Shown piece by piece: positions 23,800 through 35,600 of a stretch of 64,000 nucleotides of DNA (its first letter is position 1; each line of letters opens with the position of its first letter). Source of the stretch: Squalus acanthias (lineage: Eukaryota); the NCBI GenBank assembly GCA_030390025.1, contig CM059431.1:141114001-141178000 (forward strand). Direction: 5' to 3'. The position numbers were made by a program, and so were the translations under genes. The notes under the pieces are model-generated. The model made no database searches. It had not been told where the DNA came from and saw only the letters and a program-made list of their open reading frames with translations.

Positions 23800-25600
23800 A
23801 AATGCAAGGGTTAACTTAAGGGCTGCCTGCATGGATTTAAGAAAGTCAAGTCATATATGAGAACTTGTACAACATCTTTAAAAAAAGTAACCGATTGTAA
23901 AGATGGAGGGTATGAAGTAAATTCATAGTATACATTTTTGTCAGGTTTTTAATAATGTTTTCCACAAAAGGTTTGTTAGGAACATACAAAAAATTGCGGA
24001 CAGGAAGAGACCTACTGGTCCATCCAGCCTGTCCCGTACAGTTGTGATATCTTTTGCTTCCCAATATATAAACTCAACTCCCCACCCAAAACCATGTGAT
24101 CTACTGGAAGATAAGACAAAACAGATCGAAACCCAGGATCATGAATCGAAAATCTGGAAATTTCCTCTCAGATCCGTTTATGGGATTAAAATTAGTCTAG
24201 GGCATCATACCGGCCCGGATTAACTTTATCAGGTACCTTTCCGTTGTACGAGGTGCCCTCCGCACCCGCCCACAGTAGATCCAGCCCTCGCTTAATGGAA
24301 TTCAGCGACTCGGCGTCCACCGCACAAGCCTGTTCCACAGGAGCACTATTCTCTGATAAAAATAACTATCTCCTGAAATCGTAACTAGATCTGGCAGGAT
24401 ACAACTTCAGATTTTGACTCCTGGTCCATCCCAAACTATTTAGCTGAAGCATTTTTTCTAGAGAAAGACAACTTGATCCCATCATCATCTTATAAACCTT
24501 AATCAAGTCACCGCTAAGTCGAAGCTTCTCCAAAGTGTACAGACCCATTTCTTTGAGCCTATCTTGATAACTAGGATGCTTCAAACAGGGTATTAAAGGC
24601 GGGGCCTTCCTCTGCACCAATTCTATCCTCAAGTTCACCATGTGAGGGGATCAAAATTGGACACCGTTTTCTAACTGAGGCCTGACCAAGGTTTTCTTGA
24701 AGAACAAAATGGTTCGCTTCTTTTTATAGTTAACTGTCCTGTAACTACACCAGAGAAATATCAGACCTTCTTGATCAGAAAAGATGCTGCAGCATGGATA
24801 TAACGGCGGCTGATTGACAAGTATCAAAAAGTTAGGTTAAATTAATGTTAGTTAGAGTGAGAAAGTTTGGAGTTGGGTTCGAAGTGTACCACAGGAATCC
24901 CGTTTTCTGTTTTGTGTATTTAGATGATGTAAATTTGAAAATAGCAAGAATAATCTCTCAATTTGCTAACAGCACAAAAGGAAAGGGTTTGTTAAACATC
25001 GATCAGGATTGTCAGCACCTTCAGGAAAACAGGTTGGAGAACTGGGGATAGAGATGACAGATGGTGTTTAATGTGGACAAGTGTGACATGTTAGATTTTG
25101 TAATCAATGGTCGCATATATTTAACGGAGAACCAGAAGTACCCATGCAGGTAGGTAAAGTCATGAAAAAGACCAGCAGTATTTTGGATTTAGGAACATAG
25201 GGAACTGATGAGGCCATTCAACCCCTGGAGCCTATCCCACCATTCCATTCGGTATTGGCTGATCTGTATCTTAACTCCATCCACGGCCTTGGTTCTGTAA
25301 CCCTCAATACCATTGCTAACACAAATCTATTAAACTCAGTTTTACATTTTCAATTAACACCCAGCCTATACAGCTTTTTTGGGGAGAGTGTTCCAGATTT
25401 CCACTATCCTTTGTGTGAAGACGTGCTTCCTAACATCCGGAATTTTACTAGCTCCAATCTTACGGCTGTGTCCACTATTTCTGGACTCCCTCCACCATTT
25501 TTTTCAATTCTATCTACCTTGTCAAATACTTTAATTATCTTAAAATCCTCAATTGGAACACCCTTCTTTAGCTTTTATATTCAAAGGCATAAGATTCCGA
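23800..25600. mobile_element. Mixed-orientation CR1-type fragments filling the inverted-repeat spacer
   Basis: SYQDRLKEMGLYTLEKLRLSGDLIKVYK (minus), SQFANSTK..QHLQE (plus), CR1 tails at about 23980 and 25190. Confidence 0.7.
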
Positions 25601-25818
25601 GATTTGCGACTTCTGCACATCTGGATGCTGACTCTAAGTCTTGGGATGATGTCTCCAACGGGCAGTTGTGAATGAGGAAGGGGAGAGGGCGAAGCTTATT
25701 TCTTTGTGTGAAACCCCAAATGTAACAATGGGGAGCAGCCATTGCTGGAGATACTGCGTCTGTAGTTGGATAGTTAAGAATGGAATCAAGCGGGTGCAGT
25801 CCCATTGTGCTGGAATCT

Positions 25819-26068
25819 CAACATCCACAAAAATGTGCAGCTGCTGAAACCACTGGCTGTGTTTCGGTTGCTATTGACAGTGTGCAGAACCTACTACAAA
25901 GCACAGCCCTGACCCAGATGATGCCATGCGGACGTGCGTGCCCGGCCGTCTTAACGTCACATTGCAGATTACCACCTAAACCGAAATATGTAATTGAATC
26001 GTCAGATGCACGGAGTGAATGTGAGAACAGGAAACAAGAACATGAACATTTAGTCTCTCTTGCAGTCA
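25819..26068 (-). repeat. Right arm of the inverted repeat (partner 23252-23500)
   Basis: See left arm. Confidence 0.85.
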
Positions 26069-26319
26069 TGCACTTTTTGGTCAGAACATTGTCTTTACAC
26101 CATCTACCGCTCGTTGATAGTCAACTTTATTTCCACAACTAAATAGATCAGATTTTGTTATAAAAACTAAACAAAACTAACACGTCAGTATTATGTTCAG
26201 TAGCAGAGTGCTAATCCATTTACCTCTACCTAAAGTGTACTCAGCCCAGAGAGCGGTCGATTGCCTGCAAATTCTAGCCATTGTAAAGGCTAGAAGTCTC
26301 TCTGAAGTCTCCATAACAG

Positions 26320-26748
26320 ATAGAAACATAGAATCTAGGAGCAGGAGTAGGCCATTCGGCCCGTCGAGCCTGCTCCACCATTCAATACGATCATGGCTCA
26401 TCATCCAAATCCAGTACCCAGTCCCTGCTTGAAACCCCACAGTACACATATCCCACCCTACCCCCGTAACCCCACGTATTTAATTCCCCCTAACATATCC
26501 CATCCTATCCCCATAACCCCACATATTTAATCCCCCTCTAACACTAAGGGTCAATTTATCATAGCCAAATCAACCAAACCCGCACATTTTTGGACTGTGG
26601 GAGGAAACCGGAGCACCCGGAGGAAACCCACGCAGACACGGGGAGAATGTGCAAACTCCACACAGACAGTCACCCGAGGTCAAGATTCGAACCTGGGTCC
26701 CTGGCGCTGTGAGGCACCAGTGCTAACCACTATGCCACCGTGTTGCCC
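26320..26748 (-). mobile_element. HE1-like (V-domain, CR1-tailed) tRNA-derived SINE
   Basis: Head cacggtggcatagtggttagcactggtgcctcacagcgccagggac..ggttcgaatc; core cgtgtctgcgtgggtttcctccgggtgctccggtttcctccc; CR1-like tail; very similar to 61385-61799. Confidence 0.85.
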
Positions 26749-28502
26749 TGACGAACCAAAATTAAGCGGTAGACCATCATGCGGTTGAAATTGAACATAG
26801 GTGGGAAACCAAAACAGGTGTAATGGATAATTTGACAATAGCGGGAGAACACTGCACTCATTCGTATGAAAATGCGCTTTCCAATTTAATTTCCAGTACC
26901 AAATGCTTTCCTTGAAATAGATAACATTCCGATAAAATAACCAAAGAGGAATATTTTCAGGAAATTCGGAGGGGTGTAAAATTGGCCTTGGGCGCAAATA
27001 AAAATCAGGTGTTATCGCATGGGTCGCTTGATATATGTTCCGCCCGATATTCAGTCCCATTGTCTTCAATGGTGGTATCGCATGGGTCGCCTGATATATG
27101 TTCCGCCCGATTTTCAGTCCCTGAGGCATCAATAAAAATGAAAATCATAGGGTTCGTATAACAGTCCGGAAATGGGATTCCACCTGCTTTGCTTCACCTC
27201 ACATGTCCTATTTCACCCCCGAAACGTCTCTCCTCTGATAGGACAATGGGTAATTTCCAGACTCACATTGCAGGTCAGTATTCCTGCCATGTTTCTTTCA
27301 AATACCTGTTGTTCTCCTCTGAATTGAAATGTTTAGAACAGGTCCAGATAAGATGAAGGGATAGGACTCATGCTGTGAGATGCTATTGACCCAAAGAATA
27401 CACAGAAGTTACGACATAAAAGCAGGCCAGTGACCCAATGAGTCCGATTTACAATACCAGTGAACATGTCCCAAACCGGCCCCGAACGCGAGCCAATCGC
27501 TAATTTCCGTTAGCTCCGGCAGTATTACCCATGTGTCCCTAAAGACTCTCGGGCTCTAAAACAGGAGGCAGATTCCCGTTCGGTGATCGATAATCTCAAG
27601 TAATTTATGCTGACTTCATATTGAAAATCTGACGGGGCCGTATAAAAGCCTTTTCGATATCGTCTGATGTCGCTCAAAGTTAATATATATATAAAAATGT
27701 GATAAGTTTATCTGCATAAATAGTACAGCATTTTCTCGGATTGTTGCATATCTTCAGCCTGAAAGTTCCAGTGACGCTCATGTTTTAAATGTAATCCAAC
27801 CATTACACACAATATTCCCTGTGTAATGATAAGAATTTTCTATGCTAACATTTATATATAGAAATTCCAAGCTGTGGTTGAATCCTTCACAGCCGGCTGT
27901 TTACTGAATGTAAGTACTGAGTTTGTAACAAGGTCCTTTTTCTCAAATTCTATTTTCGGTAATTTGTCCGCTTTGAGGTTAAACGCCAACAGTGAGTCGT
28001 GAGGACGACAGGCCTGTTGTATTGCGTTGTAACTTCTATACGTTTCTATTTCTATACCTTGTTTTTGGATGATTGTTGTTTCGAACGTCAGAAGTAAATT
28101 AAAATGCCTGCTCAAGGTAATGTTGCATTTTTAAATTAGAAGAGAGTGAAGCTATTTGCACCAAAATCTCCCTCTCTCTCTCCCAGGCAAATAGAAGGAC
28201 CTTATCCCGTCAGTTTATTTGTAACATCTGTTTATTCAATTTCTACTTCACACAAAGTAGAATTAAAACAATTGCCTTAACTTGTATATGTTCAACTGAA
28301 TTGAAACACTAATTTTTACATTGATGCAATTATGTTAATTTTTATTTGAATGGACAGTGTAACCTCATACATTAATATTATTAAGTTTTTTAAAGTCTTT
28401 TAATATTAAAATGATAGAGAACAGGATGTAACGTAAGTGGGAAGATTTTCACTCTGCTTTATATGAAGATTAACCTAAATGTGTCCCTGGAAATATTATT
28501 TT

Positions 28503-30690
28503 ACATAGATACATAGATACATAGAAGATAGGAGCAGGAGTAGGCCATCCGGCCCTTCGAGCCTGCTCCGCCATTTAATGAGATCATGGCTGATCCTCCA
28601 ATTCAGTATCCCGTCCCCGCCTTCTCTCCGTAACCCTTAACCCCTTTTGCCTGTAGAAATATATCTAATTCCCTCTTAAATATATTTAATGAGCTGGCGT
28701 ACACTGCCCTCTGTGGCAATGAGTTCCACAGGTTCACCACCCTCTGAGTGAAGAAATTCCCCCTCATTTCTGTCCTAAATGGTTTAGCCCTTATCCTTAA
28801 ATTATGTCCTCTAGTTCTGTTCTCACCCGCCAAGGGAAACATTCCTTCTGCATCTAGTCTGTCTAGACCTGTCAGAATTTTATACACTTCTATGAGGTCC
28901 CCTCTCAATCTTCTAAACTCCAGTGTGTACATCCCTAAACTACATAGTCTCTCCTCATAGGTCAATCCCGCCATTCCTGGTATCAGCCTGGTGAATCGCC
29001 GCTGCACCCCCTCCATGGCAAGAACATCTTTCCTCAGATGAGGCGACCAAAACTGTACACAGTACTCGAGCTGTGGTCTCACCAGTGCCCTGTACAGCTG
29101 CAGCAAGGTATCCCTGTTCCTGTATTCCAACCCTTTTGCTATGAAGGCCAGCATACCGTTTGCCTTCTTGATCGCCTGTTGCACCTGCATGCTCGCCTTC
29201 AGTGACTGGTGTACAAGAACACCCAGGTCTCTCTGTACTTCCCCCTCTCCCAATTTATTGCCATTTAAATAATAATTTGCCCTCCCGTTCCTGCACCCAA
29301 GGTGGATAACTTCGCACTTGTCCACATTATAGTGCATCTGCCATTTATCCGCCCAATCACCCAGTCTGTCCAAATCGCTCTGGAGCTTCCTGGTCTCCTC
29401 CTCTGAGCCCACCCCTCCTGCTAGTTTAGTGTCGTCTGCAAATTTGGAAATGCTGCATCCGACTCCCTGATCCAGGTCATTAATGTAAATTGTGAACAGC
29501 TGGGGACCCAGGACAGATCCCTGTGGTACCCCACTTGTTACTGCCAGCCATTCAGAAAATGAGCCGTTTATTCCAACTCTCTGTTTTCTATCTGACAGCC
29601 AGTTCTCTATCCACGTCAATACTTTCCCCTTTATCCCATGAGCTTCAATTTTCCCTGCTAATCTTTTATGTGGGACCTTATCGAAGGCCTTTTGGAAGTC
29701 CAGGTACACCACATCTACTGGCTCTCCCCCATCTATTTTACCAGTTACTCCCTCAAAAAATTCCAATAGATTAGTCAAGCACGATTTACCCTTTGTAAAT
29801 CCATGTTGACTCTGTCCTATCCTGTCCCCATTTGCTAAGTGCTCCGCTATTTCATCCTTAATGATGGACTCCAGCATTTTGCCCACAACTGATGTAAGGC
29901 TTACAGGTCTGTAATTACCTGCTTTTTCCCTACCCCCCTTTTTGAATAGTGGGGTAACGTTAGCTACCCTCCAATCCATGGGCACTGTTCCCGAGTCTAA
30001 TGAATTCTGAAAAATCATACTTAGTGCATCCGCTATCTCTAGGGCCACCTCCTTCAGCACCCTAGGATGCATGTTATCAGGCCCTGGGGATTTGTCCGCC
30101 TTCAATCCCTTTAGCTTCCTTAACACCATATCCTTAGAGATATTGACTTGCGTCAGTTCCTCCTTTGCAAATGTCCCTATTTTTCCCGATATCCCAGGGA
30201 GGTTTTTTGTGTCTTCCTTCGTAAAGACTGACCCAAAGTATGCATTTAGTTGGTCTGCCATTTCTTTATTTCCCGTTATATATTCCCCCGTATCTGACTG
30301 CAATGGGCCAACTTTGATTTTCACCAGTCTTTTCCTCTTGATATACTTATAAAAGCTTTTGGAGTTAGTTTTTATATTTTCCGCCAGCTTGCTTTCGTAA
30401 GCTATTTTGCCCCTCTTGATTAAGCCCTTTGTCCTCCTTTGCTCTATCTTAAACTGTTCCCAATCTTCCGCTCTGGCGCTTTTTTTGGCTAATTTATACG
30501 CCCTATCTTTGGATTTTATGCTGTCTCTAATTTCCCCTGTTATCCACGGTTGAGTCACCTTTTTAGATTTCCTTTTATGCCAGATTGGTATAAACAATTT
30601 TTGCAATTTTGTCATTCTACCTTTAAATGCTTGCCATTGTTTATCTACCTCCAGTCCTCCCAGGAACGTTGTCCAATCAGACCTACTCAG
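28503..30690 (-). mobile_element. Young 5'-truncated CR1-type LINE
   Basis: (tatctatg)n microsatellite tail at 28503-28525, uninterrupted ORF2 remnant, empty site visible in the paralogous intron near 15690-15717. Confidence 0.95.
28603..30615 (-). CDS. CR1 ORF2 remnant: reverse transcriptase and C-terminal domain (670 aa, no endonuclease)
   Basis: KSPGPDNMHPRVLKE, NYRPVSLTS, QHGFTKGKSCLTNL, YLDFQKAFDKV, SGVPQGSVLGP, SKFADDTKL, FFTQRVVNLWNSLP. Confidence 0.95.
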   Translation of the reverse strand: MTKLQKLFIPIWHKRKSKKVTQPWITGEIRDSIKSKDRAYKLAKKSARAEDWEQFKIEQRRTKGLIKRGKIAYESKLAENIKTNSKSFYKYIKRKRLVKIKVGPLQSDTGEYITGNKEMADQLNAYFGSVFTKEDTKNLPGISGKIGTFAKEELTQVNISKDMVLRKLKGLKADKSPGPDNMHPRVLKEVALEIADALSMIFQNSLDSGTVPMDWRVANVTPLFKKGGREKAGNYRPVSLTSVVGKMLESIIKDEIAEHLANGDRIGQSQHGFTKGKSCLTNLLEFFEGVTGKIDGGEPVDVVYLDFQKAFDKVPHKRLAGKIEAHGIKGKVLTWIENWLSDRKQRVGINGSFSEWLAVTSGVPQGSVLGPQLFTIYINDLDQGVGCSISKFADDTKLAGGVGSEEETRKLQSDLDRLGDWADKWQMHYNVDKCEVIHLGCRNGRANYYLNGNKLGEGEVQRDLGVLVHQSLKASMQVQQAIKKANGMLAFIAKGLEYRNRDTLLQLYRALVRPQLEYCVQFWSPHLRKDVLAMEGVQRRFTRLIPGMAGLTYEERLCSLGMYTLEFRRLRGDLIEVYKILTGLDRLDAEGMFPLAGENRTRGHNLRIRAKPFRTEMRGNFFTQRVVNLWNSLPQRAVYASSLNIFKRELDIFLQAKGVKGYGEKAGTGY

Positions 30691-31769
30691 TTTTGGTTGA
30701 TAATTGGAGCGAAATCTCTTTCAAAACAAGACGCTAGCGAGTTCAGCACGAATATCAGACAGCAAAAAAAAATTGAAGGCGGCAACAATATGTTGATCAA
30801 TTGGCGCCCAAATCATTCCTACGTCTAAATTTCAAGACTGGGGAACAAAGATGACTTCAGCGGTTTAGTTTTTTTTTCTGGTTTTATGAACTGAAATATT
30901 AAAATCCTCAACACGAGAATCGTGAAAACGAAGCACTTCTCCAGATTGGAAGAAAAGAACTTCATGAACATGACATAAAATCATCACATTTATAATTACA
31001 ATCGAAATTAATTGAATTAGAAATATACAATTATAGATTCGGTGCCAGGTTGGTTAAAGTGTCACAAATTGCCAGTGTCAGACAGTAAAATCATAAAGAG
31101 TATTGTTTAGTCATTATTAAGCGACATGTTGGCATATTAATGTGTGTAGAACTTCCTTCTTATTCACTCAGTGTTTATTATCCTGTCTTTACTTGGAACA
31201 TGGAGACTTCACTGAGAACTGAAGGGGGAATCATCAAGTCTCCATATTGACCCGCAATCCGGTTCAAGGAAAGTCCCAGTGAGGCTCCCGAACTTATTCA
31301 AAGAAAATAAGTTTTACGGGTCCCGGAAATCAAATGGGAAAACCAAAAGCACTGATTAAACCATTTCTATTATTATTTTACTGATTCTCAAGTAGGTCAC
31401 GATTTCAATTAGCAATGGTCTAATTTCAAGACGTCTTCAAAAAAATTGATTCCAGTAACAATGTATTGGGACATCATTAATCAGCTGTTGAAGATTTATT
31501 CCCGTCTCTATTCCTAGCGAAATTAGTGACCTTAAGGGGAAGCTAGATAAGCACATGTCCGAGAATGGAATAGAAGGATATGGTAATAAGGTGAGCTGAA
31601 GAGGGGTGGATGGAGGTTGATGTGGAGTATAAACACGGGAATAGACCAGAATAGTCTATTTTTGTGTTATAACGCTATGCAATTATAATTAATATAAATA
31701 CCTTCAGTAAGATCAGATGTGCGATTTCGCTAGGAGTACTAACCGGGGAACATGGCTGCATTGAAAGTG

Positions 31770-32110
31770 AGTCGCTGGATATTGGCGTCACTGGAAAGGC
31801 TTGAATTTATTGCCCATCCCTAGGTGCCCTTCAGAAGATTCCGTGTGATGATGGTACTCCCACAGTGCTGTTAGGGAGGGAGTTCCAGGATTTTGACGCA
31901 GCGGCAATGAAGGAACAGCGATATATATCCAAGTTGAGATAGTATGTGACTTGGAGGTGATGCTGCCACCATTTACCTACTGCTCTTGTCCTTCTAGTGA
32001 GACCCTGGTGTGCTGCCGAAGAAGCCTCGATGTGCTACTGCAGTTCCACCTGTAGATGGTAAACACTGCAGCCACGCTGCGCCTGTGGTGGAGCGAGTTG
32101 ATGCTTAAAG
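31770..32110 (-). mobile_element. Non-LTR retrotransposon 3' fragment, same family as 14395-14770
   Basis: ctgcagttccacctgtagatggtaaacactgcagccac..ggtggag is the reverse complement of the 14420-14480 motif. Confidence 0.6.
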
Positions 32111-32299
32111 TCATACGTGGTTATGCGGTGATCTCACTCACTTTTCAAGGAATTTTATCTCTTGCACATACACATTTACATGTTGGTTGATTTATATAGT
32201 TTTCGTTTATTTTGCATAGTACGATATATGTTTTCTTTTAGGTCACTCTGATTATTTTGGTAATGTTTTATAATTTTCTGGACGCCTTTAATTCTGAAT

Positions 32300-32680
32300 T
32301 GCATTTACATAGCGCCTTTTCACGACCAGCGGACTCCTCAAAGCGCTTAACAGCCAATGACATACTTATTGGTTTGCAGTCCCTGTTGTAATGTTGGATA
32401 TACTTTTGGGTGAGGGATAAATATTGACAAAGGACACCGGGGATAACTCCGCTGCTCTTCTTCGAACTAGAGCCGTGGGATCTTTTACGTCCACTTGAGA
32501 GAGCAGACGGGGCCTCGGTTTAACGTCTCAGCTGAAAGACGGCATCATCCGACAGTGCAGCATTCCCTCAGCACTGCACTGGAGTGTCAGCCTAGATTTA
32601 TGTGTTCACATCCCTGGAGTGTGACTTGAACCCACAACCTTCTGACTCAGAGGCAAGTGTGTTACCCACTGAGCCACATC
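32300..32680 (-). mobile_element. Deu-type tRNA-derived SINE
   Basis: tgtggctcagtgggtaacacacttgcctctgagtcagaaggttgtgggttcaagtc head on minus strand; tail aaaggcgctatgtaaatgcaa. Confidence 0.85.
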
Positions 32681-32682
32681 TG

Positions 32683-35600
32683 AGTAGGGTCGCCACCAGG
32701 AATGTATGTGAAGATTCACCGTCAATAATGTTAAAGAAGTTTCATCACCAGTAATGTTAGAGTAGGGTCAACACCAATAATGATAGTGTAGTTTCACCAC
32801 CAGTAATGCTGGAGTAGGGTCATCAACAGTAATGTTAGAGTAGTGTCATCAGAAGTAATGTTAGAGCAAAGTCACCACCAGTAATGCTAGAGTAGCGACA
32901 TTACCAGTAATGTGAGAGTAGGGTCATCACCATTAATGTTAGAGTAGGGTCATCACCAGTAATAATAGAGTAATGTCACTACCAGTAAAGATAGAGTTGG
33001 GTCACCACCAGTAATGTTAGATTCGGGTCACCAAAATTCTTAGAGTAGAATAAACACGAATAATATTACAGAAGGGTTGCGGCCATTAACATTTTTGTAG
33101 TGTCAACATCAGTAAAATTCGACTAGATTCACCATCACTAATGTTAGTGCGGGTCACGACTATTGATGTTAAATTAACATCAACAACAGTAATGTTAGAG
33201 TCAGGTCACAACCAGAAATGCTAAAGTAGAATCACCAACAATAATGTTAGAGTAGGGTCACCACCATTAATGATAGATTAGGGTCATCACGAGTAATATT
33301 AGAAAAGAATCATCGCCAGTAATGTTAGAGTAGAGTCACCACCAATAATGTTAGAGTAGGGTCATCACCAGTAATGTTAGAGTAGGGTCACCGCCAGTAA
33401 TGTTAGAGTAGCGTCATCACCAGTAATGTTAGAGTAGGGTCATCACCATTAATGTTAGAGTAGGGTAACCACCAGTAATGTTAGTGTAGGGTCACCACCA
33501 GTAATGTTAGAGTAGGGTCACTACCAGCAATGTTAGTGTAGAGTCACCACTAGTAATGATAGAGTAGAGTCACCACCAATAATGTTAGGGTTGGGTCACA
33601 ACCAGTAATGTTAGGGTAGGGTGACCACCAGTAATGTTAGAGTAGGGTCACCACCACTAATGTAAGAGTAGGGTCACTACCAGAAATGTTAGAGCAGTGT
33701 CATCACCAGAAATGTTACAATAGGATCACCACCAGTAATAATAGAATAGGGCCACCATCAGTAATGATAGAGTAGGGCCAGCATCAGTAATGTTAGACTA
33801 AGGTCATCATCATTTATGTTAGCGTATTGTCACCACTATCAATGATAGAATAGGATCACCGCCAGTAATGTTAGTGCAGTATCCTCACCAGTAATGTTAA
33901 AGTAGGATCATCACCAATAATATTTGAAAAGATTAGCGCCAATAATGATAGGATAAGGCCAACACCATTAATGTTAGCGTCGAGTTACCATCAGTAAAGT
34001 TAGAGTGGGTGGCCGCCAATTTGTTAGATTTTTATCACCACCATGTTAGAATAGGATCAACTCAATTAATTTTATAGTGCGTTCACCAGCTGTAATTTTA
34101 GAGTACAGTACTCATCAGTAACGTCAGAGTATGGAAACCGCATGTAATTTTAGAGTTGATGTACCACCAATAATATTGGAGTACGGACACCACCACTAAT
34201 GTTAGATTCGGGTCACCATCCAAATTAGAGTAGAATAAATGCAAGTAATAATACAGTAGGGATGCTGCCATTAACATTTTAGTAGTGTCAACAGCAGTAA
34301 AATTAGAGTATATTCACCATCACTAATGTTCGTGCGGGATCACGACTATTGATGTTAAATTAACATCAACACCAGTAATGTTAGAGTGGGGTCACCAACA
34401 GTGATGTTAGTATAGGGTCACCACCAGTAACGATCGAGTAGGCTCACCAGCAGTAATCAAAGAGTAGAGTCACCACCAGCAATGTTAGAGTTGGGTCACC
34501 ACCAGTAATGTTAGAGTAGGGTCACCACCAGTAATGTTAGAATAGGGTCAGCACCAGTGATGTTAAAGTAGAGTCACCGCCTGTATTGTTAGAGATGGGT
34601 TACCACCAGTAATGTTAGAGTAGGGTCACCACCAGTGATGTTGGAGTAGAGTCACCGACAGTAATGTTAGAGTAGGGTCACCACCAGTAATGTTCGTGTA
34701 GGGTCACCACCAGTAATGTTAGAGTTGGGTAACCACCATTAATGATAAAGTATGGTCACCACCAGTAATGATAGACTAGGGTCATAACTGTTAATGCGAG
34801 AATAGAATCACCACCTGTAATGTTAGGGTAGGGTCACCACCAGTAACGATAGAGTAGGCTTACCACCAGTAATGATAGAGTAGAGTTACCTCCAGTAATG
34901 TTAGATTAGGGTCGCCACCAGTAATGTTAGAGTAGGGTCACCGCCATTAATGTTAGAGTAGTGTCACCACTAGTAATTATAGATTAGTGTCACCACCAGC
35001 AATGTAAGATTAGAGTCACCGCCTATAATGTTAGAGCTGGGTCACCACCAGTAATGTTAGTGTAGGGTCACCACAAGTAATGTTAGAGTAGGGTCACCAA
35101 CATAATGATAGATTAGGGTCACCACCAGTAATGTTAGAATAGGGTCACCACCAAAAATGTTAGAATATAATCACCACCAGTAATGATAGATTAGGGCCAC
35201 CGTCTGTAATGTTATAGTAAGTTCATCACCATTAATGATAGAGTATGGTCTCCACGAGTAATGCTAGAATAGGATCACCACCAGTAATGTTAGAGTAGGG
35301 CCACCACCAGTAATGTTAGAGTAGAGTCACCATCAGTAATGATAGAGTATGGTCATCAGCATTAATATTTGAATAGGATCAACGCCACTAATGTTAGAAT
35401 AGGACCAACACCATTAATGTTAGCGTATAGGTATCATCAGTAAAGTTAAGGTGGGCCGCCTCCAAATTGTTAGATTATGATCACCACCATGTTAGAATAG
35501 GATTAACACTATTTATTTTAGCGTGCCTTCCCTAGCAGTAATGTTATAGTAAAGTACTCATCAGTAACGTCAGAGTATGGAGACCACATGTAATGTTAGA

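Larger units (their letters stand above)
27520..32299 (+). pseudogene. MS4A copy 2: degraded inverted paralog, 5' half only
   Basis: Non-coding exon homolog about 27520-27599; first coding exon homolog 31200-31354 (METSLRTE.. early TGA ..MGKPKAL, donor lost); TM1 exon homolog 32242-32299 (ttttag|GTC ACT CTG ATT ATT TTG..TTC TGG ACG CCT TTA ATT CTG, 2-nt deletion) cut off by a SINE. Confidence 0.8.

Noticed and set aside
26685..26745. tRNA genes at SINE heads (also 17765, 32630, 61740, 62975)
   Set aside because: A/B-box-like heads run into SINE bodies; no complete cloverleaf.
28603..30615. Autonomous or domesticated RT gene
   Set aside because: 5'-truncated, lacks endonuclease and ORF1, keeps the microsatellite tail; empty site in the paralog shows a simple insertion.
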